Shown piece by piece: positions 27,732 to 32,000 of a DNA stretch of 32,000 nucleotides; within the stretch, counting starts at the first letter, position 1; the number at the start of each line of letters is the position of its first letter. The DNA is from Alkanindiges illinoisensis DSM 15370. Lineage in GTDB: Bacteria; Pseudomonadota; Gammaproteobacteria; Pseudomonadales; Moraxellaceae. Location: NCBI RefSeq assembly GCF_000619845.1, contig NZ_JHUX01000008.1, forward strand, positions 30,001 through 62,000, written 5' to 3'. The position numbers and the translations under genes are program-made. Under the pieces are notes generated by a model that saw only the letters and a list, made by a program, of their open reading frames with translations, ran no database searches and was not told where the DNA came from.

Positions 27732-27846
27732 CCATACAGATAAGTCTGATCCTTATCTTCTATCAAACAGGCTAAGGATTAGGGCTGCTAAATTTATAGC
27801 TTAAATCTGTAAAAAAAGGCTTTATACGGAGAAGCGGTTTTAACAT

Positions 27847-29262
27847 TTAGCCAGATTTTTTCTGTGTTCCCAAATTATTAACACAGTTCAAGATTGCACC
27901 AATTTTATCAAGGCATTCCTGATATTCTTCTTCGCAATTTGAAGCAATGGTAATACCGCCACCTGCCCAGGCTGTTAACGTATTTCCATGTTTTTGCAGA
28001 CTACGGATTAAAATATTAAAAGTGCCTGTTCCATCATAGTTCAAAAATCCCATACTGCCGCAATAAGCCCCACGACTTTCTGCTTCTAGCTCATCAATAA
28101 TCTGCATTGCCCGTATCTTGGGTGCGCCAGTAATTGAACCACCGGGCAGGGCACTAAACAAAACATCCAGTGGCGATGCTTCAGGCTTAAGTCTAGCCCG
28201 AATTTCACTAACCAGATGATGCACTTGCGCAAAACTTTCTATCTTAAACAATGCAGGCACATGCACACTGCCAGTCTGGGCATAAACACTTAGGTCGTTA
28301 CGCAATAAGTCGACAATCATTAGATTTTCACTGCGGTCTTTTTCAGAATCTAGTAATTGTTGCTTAAGCGCTTCATCAATTTCAGGATTTGCATGACGAG
28401 GACGAGTTCCCTTGATCGGCTTGGTGATCACTTCACCCTCAGCATTAAATTCAATAAACAATTCTGGTGAGCAACTGAGCAGCTCAAAATCACCATATTT
28501 TATAAAGCCGCCATAACTGGCCTTGGTTAGGTGCATTAACGCATCAATGGTAGAAACTAAACTGCCTTCCATCATTGCTTTAAAAGGCTGGGTTAAATTG
28601 ACCTGATAACAGTCCCCTTGCTTCAGATAATTCTGGATTTTGTTAAAAGCATATTGGTATTGCTGAAACTGCCAGACTGGTTGAAACGGTAAGCTAAGCT
28701 GAAAGGCAGGATCAATCGCATTCCGGGTGGCAGTTTCCGACAAAAGTTCCTGAATATGCTGATATATAGCCTGCAATTCTGATAAGTCGGGTCCATAAAG
28801 TTGCCAAACCTTTTTTCCAGTTACTGAAACTTCCTGTTTCAGAAAAATATCATATTCCCCTATTATTGCAGCAGGCGATGCTAAATTTTCCAGTGTTATG
28901 GCCTGGGATGCAGCTAAGTCATACCCGATAAATCCCATTAATCCACCATAAAAATTCCCATTTGAAGATTCTTTGGCATAGGAATTCCTTAACTGAGATC
29001 CATTCCAGTATTGATTAAGCATAGAAAAATAATCAGCATGCTGCAAATTAACCGATTGTTGCAAGCCATGACGTTCTAGTATCAGTGTGCTAGAAGCTGA
29101 GAAGGCAACAGCTTGCCACTTTGGAAATAACCCTACAACTTTGGTCGTAGGATAGCTAATCAAAATAAAACCAGCGCAATTTTGTAAATATATGGATAAA
29201 GTTTGAATTGATTCACAATCAGTACAAAATTCCTGTCTAACAATCACAGTATGGGTATCCAT
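27847..29262 (-). CDS. pabB: Aminodeoxychorismate synthase component I
   Basis: The chorismate-utilising enzyme core reads LPGGSITGAPKIRAMQIIDELEAESRGAYCGSMGF. The PIKGTRPR motif has Lys at the position that separates PabB (PIKGT) from TrpE/isochorismate synthases (PIAGT). The gene is more AT-rich than the his genes. Confidence 0.85.
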   Translation of the reverse strand: MDTHTVIVRQEFCTDCESIQTLSIYLQNCAGFILISYPTTKVVGLFPKWQAVAFSASSTLILERHGLQQSVNLQHADYFSMLNQYWNGSQLRNSYAKESSNGNFYGGLMGFIGYDLAASQAITLENLASPAAIIGEYDIFLKQEVSVTGKKVWQLYGPDLSELQAIYQHIQELLSETATRNAIDPAFQLSLPFQPVWQFQQYQYAFNKIQNYLKQGDCYQVNLTQPFKAMMEGSLVSTIDALMHLTKASYGGFIKYGDFELLSCSPELFIEFNAEGEVITKPIKGTRPRHANPEIDEALKQQLLDSEKDRSENLMIVDLLRNDLSVYAQTGSVHVPALFKIESFAQVHHLVSEIRARLKPEASPLDVLFSALPGGSITGAPKIRAMQIIDELEAESRGAYCGSMGFLNYDGTGTFNILIRSLQKHGNTLTAWAGGGITIASNCEEEYQECLDKIGAILNCVNNLGTQKKSG

Positions 29263-29282
29263 GGCAGTGCTTCAAATATATA

Positions 29283-29314
29283 TTTTTTATAATTAAGTGA
29301 TTGATTATAAAAAA
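29283..29314. repeat. Perfect 11-bp AT inverted repeat in the pabB / FilA-like divergent intergenic region
   Basis: ttttttataat (29283-29293), the 10-nt spacer taagtgattg, then attataaaaaa (29304-29314). Confidence 0.5.
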
Positions 29315-29535
29315 TAATATAAATAATAAAACTGGGTTGAATGATTAGAGCTAATATTCTACCGTTTATCGGATGTTAAACAAAAGTAGTAAAAAGCGCT
29401 TGCACACAAAGCGTACGCATTGTAATTTTGCTGTGCAGGATTAGCTACAAGAATACCATGTAAGGATGCATTGGATACACAACACCGTACAAGGTAGTAG
29501 CGGCACAACAAAACTTATACTCGTAGGAGAGTGCA

Positions 29536-30444
29536 ATGAAGCTTTTTACTAAACTCGCTTTAGTTTCCGCAGTGGCAATTAGCGGTCAAGCAATGGCAAT
29601 GCAATCAATGGATGACTCAGCTCTAAGCTCTACAACTGGTCAAGAAGGCATCACTTTAACCATTAAAACTGATGAAGTTAAAATTGGTAAATTGATTGTT
29701 CATGACAACGACGGTCTGTCTACTGCTGCTACTATTAGCCCAACTACTGCTGCAACTGCTGGCGGTACAGCGACTGGTGGTGGTATCACTGTAAATGGCG
29801 TAAGCGTTAAAGTGGATACTACTAGTCCATTTGCTTTGGCATCAGCTGGTGCTCGTGCTGCACTGGGCTTAACCAATGACGTATTGGCAATTGTAAAAGT
29901 TGACGCTGACGCTGGTGCTGGCGGTACTGCTCCAGTTCTGAACGTAAACATGCTGAACAATGCTATGGCTATCCATGTTGACAGCATTGGTGTTGGTGCT
30001 TCTAACAGCGTAGCTTCAATGGCTGGTAAAGCACGTCGTGGTGTAACTAGTGAAGTTTCCCTGATTGAAAACGTTGATCTGACTATTGGTGCCAGTGCAC
30101 TGAACATTCAACTGGGTAATCAGCCACAAGGCGCTATGATTGCTGCTAACGGTGTAATTGGTGGCGGTATCCGTATTGCTAACCTGACTGTTAACGACAA
30201 TGTTGGTGGTGGTCAAGTTGGTATTCAGAACATGGCAATTACCAGTGCTGACAGCACTAACCTGACTGTTAATACACTGATTGGTGTAAACAACCAAGGT
30301 CTGTCTATCAAATCAACTGGTGCTAACGACATCTACATGGGTTCCATCAAACTGGGTGATCTTTCTACTGCTGCTTCTTTAGGTTCTATCGAAATTCAGG
30401 GTATGGAAATGGTTAACTCTGAAATTCTGGTATCTGGCCACTAA
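29536..30444 (+). CDS. Secreted Gly/Ala/Thr/Asn-rich protein, FilA / DUF6160-like putative pilus-system subunit (paralog 1, 302 aa)
   Basis: A strong SD (gtaggagag) precedes the gene. The signal peptide is MKLFTKLALVSAVAISGQAMA. Conserved motifs are SMDDSALSSTTGQEGIT, HDNDG, VKVDADAG, PVLNVN and NIQLGNQPQGAMIA, and the C-terminus is ...ILVSGH. There is no Cys. The FilA/DUF6160 name is recalled from Acinetobacter annotations. Confidence 0.75.
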   Translation: MKLFTKLALVSAVAISGQAMAMQSMDDSALSSTTGQEGITLTIKTDEVKIGKLIVHDNDGLSTAATISPTTAATAGGTATGGGITVNGVSVKVDTTSPFALASAGARAALGLTNDVLAIVKVDADAGAGGTAPVLNVNMLNNAMAIHVDSIGVGASNSVASMAGKARRGVTSEVSLIENVDLTIGASALNIQLGNQPQGAMIAANGVIGGGIRIANLTVNDNVGGGQVGIQNMAITSADSTNLTVNTLIGVNNQGLSIKSTGANDIYMGSIKLGDLSTAASLGSIEIQGMEMVNSEILVSGH

Positions 30445-30454
30445 TAGGCTGTGG

Positions 30455-30484
30455 GCCGACAATAGTAATATTGTCGGCTTTCTT
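30455..30484 (+). terminator. Rho-independent terminator after FilA-like paralog 1
   Basis: gccgacaat (30455-30463), the loop agtaat, then attgtcggc (30470-30478), followed by tttctt. Confidence 0.8.
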
Positions 30485-30536
30485 GACTTGATTTTTGGTA
30501 ATCAGTCTTATCTTCAAGGGAACAGGGAACAATACG

Positions 30537-31388
30537 ATGAAAACTTTAACAAAATTAGCTTTGGTTTCTGCTATGGCAATCAGCAGCAGTGCTTTTGCTC
30601 TGGAATCGCTTGATGATTCAACGCTGAGCCAAACCACAGGTCAGGATGGTATTACAATCAAGTTGGATGCACAGGCTGATGGTACAATCTTTGGTGCCGA
30701 TAATATTGTTGTTCATGATAACGATGGTGTAGGTACAGCAAGCTACGGTATTGCTACCCCTTCTGCCGGTGCGATTGTACTGGGTAAAAAGTCTGATGGT
30801 ACAGGTACTGGTTTTAGCATTAAAGGTGCAACAGGTGATGCGGTAGTCATTAAAGTTGATGCCGATGCGAATGGTACTTCACCTGTATTAAACGTAAATA
30901 TTGGGTTGCCAACAGCTTTAACTGTAAATACTGGTGATATCTATGTAGCCAAATCTAATGGCGTTGGAGCTACTGGTGCACAGTTTGCTAATGAAGCTAA
31001 AATTTTAAATAACATCACTGTAAGTCTTGGTGGTGCACAGATGAATGTTCAGTTAGGTAATGCGCCACAAGGTGCGATGATTGCCTTAGGTGGTAGTGTA
31101 GCAGGTGGTGTAAATATCGCTAACCTGGAGCTGCAAGATAACTCAACTGGTGCTGGTGGCGTAATTCACCTTGGCAACATCAATATCCGTGATAAAGGTG
31201 CTGCTAACTTAAGTTTAGGAACTAATATCAAAGCTACTACTGATGGTTTATCAATTGTTCGTACAGCTGGTGATGTTGACGTTCGACTAACTGCAGTTCA
31301 GTTGGGTACAGCAAATGCTGCCCATCAAGTTGGTGATATCGCAATTTTGGGTATGAAAGTGCCTAACATGACTATTAGTGGCCATTAA
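30537..31388 (+). CDS. FilA / DUF6160-like secreted protein (paralog 2, 283 aa)
   Basis: The ATG at 30537 gives MKTLTKLALVSAMAISSSAFA-LESLDDSTLSQTTGQDGIT, parallel to paralog 1. The track ORF begins upstream at 30495. It shares HDNDG, IKVDADANG, PVLNVN, NVQLGNAPQGAMIA and the ...MTISGH end. Confidence 0.75.
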   Translation: MKTLTKLALVSAMAISSSAFALESLDDSTLSQTTGQDGITIKLDAQADGTIFGADNIVVHDNDGVGTASYGIATPSAGAIVLGKKSDGTGTGFSIKGATGDAVVIKVDADANGTSPVLNVNIGLPTALTVNTGDIYVAKSNGVGATGAQFANEAKILNNITVSLGGAQMNVQLGNAPQGAMIALGGSVAGGVNIANLELQDNSTGAGGVIHLGNINIRDKGAANLSLGTNIKATTDGLSIVRTAGDVDVRLTAVQLGTANAAHQVGDIAILGMKVPNMTISGH

Positions 31389-31415
31389 TTAATTTAGCTG
31401 CTTAAATATGTAAAG

Positions 31416-31440
31416 CAAAGCGGCACAAGATGCCGCTTTG
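31416..31440 (+). terminator. Terminator-like hairpin after FilA-like paralog 2
   Basis: caaagcggca (31416-31425), the loop caaga, then tgccgctttg (31431-31440). The stem is a perfect 10 bp. The U-run lies inside the stem, with no extended trailing T tract. Confidence 0.6.
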
Positions 31441-31517
31441 TCATCAGGAGTGTATAATAATTATAAATCTGCAGCAGCAGATGGCACTGGATGCATGAAA
31501 CTTAAAGGAAGAGTAGT

Positions 31518-32000
31518 ATGTTTAAACTTCGAAAACTGATCATCGCATCCATGCTGTTTAGTGGATTAACTTCTGCTTTTCCAGTTTTTGCAATGCAAGC
31601 TCTTAATGATGAAACTCTGAGTGATACCACGGGGCAGGATGGTATTACTTTAACTCTGGATAACTCAGGAACTTCTGGTAAAGTTATCTGGACGGATAAT
31701 GACGGCTGGTCAGGCTTGTCTCAAACTGCAGGTGCTGTAATCTTTGGTGATGGTACACCTTCAACAAATTTTCGTATTAGTGGTGGAAAGACCGTAATTA
31801 CCATGGATGCTGATGGTAATGGATCTAATGCTTTTCTTAATATCAATATTGATATGCCAGATAATTTAAAAATAAATACGGGCAATATCTATGTAGCTGG
31901 TAAAGACAGTACAGGCGTTATTAATCAGAAAAAAATTCTTGGTGATACAGAAATTGAATTAAGTGGTTTAAATCTTAATGCTCAGCTTGGGAATGCCCCT
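31518..32000 (+). CDS. FilA / DUF6160-like secreted protein (paralog 3, N-terminal 161 aa; continues beyond the right edge)
   Basis: Not in the ORF track because it is truncated by the window edge. The SD aaaggaagag precedes the ATG at 31518. The translation is MFKLRKLIIASMLFSGLTSAFPVFA-MQALNDETLSDTTGQDGITLTL...TDNDG...TMDADGNG...LNINI...NAQLGNAP, with the same motif order as paralogs 1 and 2. Confidence 0.7.
   Translation, partial: MFKLRKLIIASMLFSGLTSAFPVFAMQALNDETLSDTTGQDGITLTLDNSGTSGKVIWTDNDGWSGLSQTAGAVIFGDGTPSTNFRISGGKTVITMDADGNGSNAFLNINIDMPDNLKINTGNIYVAGKDSTGVINQKKILGDTEIELSGLNLNAQLGNAP

Noticed and set aside
27739-27757. The gataag-N7-cttatc hairpin after hisC, considered as a terminator
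   Set aside because: The stem is only 6 bp and AT-rich, and the trailing T tract is poor (ttctatc). This is too weak to call as a feature.
29700-30297. Minus-strand ORFs of 135 and 93 aa inside FilA-like paralog 1
   Set aside because: They are antisense to a GGT/GCT/ACT-rich gene. The plus-strand gene has an SD, a signal peptide and two paralogs that support it.

Overview
This looks like a chromosomal window from a gammaproteobacterium, probably Moraxellaceae / Acinetobacter-like. That assignment is an inference from the PolA N-terminus MPPFVLVDGSYYLFRAF, ibaG-murA-hisG-hisD-hisC synteny, rpoN-hpf without flanking lptB/ptsN, and FilA/DUF6160-like genes. I call 27 protein-coding genes. I saw no rRNA, tRNA, CRISPR array, IS element or integrase. 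Two genes run off the window edges and are missing from the supplied ORF track: polA (minus strand, left edge) and a third FilA-like gene (plus strand, right edge). Gene order: polA(-) | DUF2339-like giant membrane protein and DUF3999-like partner (+) | MscS-family channel and a 277-aa hypothetical (-) | gspE (+) | AT-rich island with telA-like (+) converging on three membrane-protein genes (-) | ribE (+) | C-N hydrolase, STAS protein, PP2C phosphatase, mlaA (-) | rpoN, hpf (+) | transglutaminase-like (+) | ibaG, murA, hisG, hisD, hisC (+) | pabB (-) | three tandem FilA/DUF6160-like genes (+). The best candidate for an undescribed system is the AT-rich interval at about 10.9-14.7 kb. It holds a TelA-family protein, a 2-TM XpaC-like protein and two paralogous single-pass membrane proteins that share a C-terminal domain I cannot place in any family. 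Secondary candidates are the translationally coupled DUF2339/DUF3999 pair, the three diverged FilA-like paralogs that each carry their own terminator, a kinase-less PP2C/STAS partner-switch module, and a cysteine-free MlaA homologue with an FGD-repeat acidic tail. Every family assignment comes from reading the translated sequences by eye. No searches or computations were run, and all GC statements are visual estimates.
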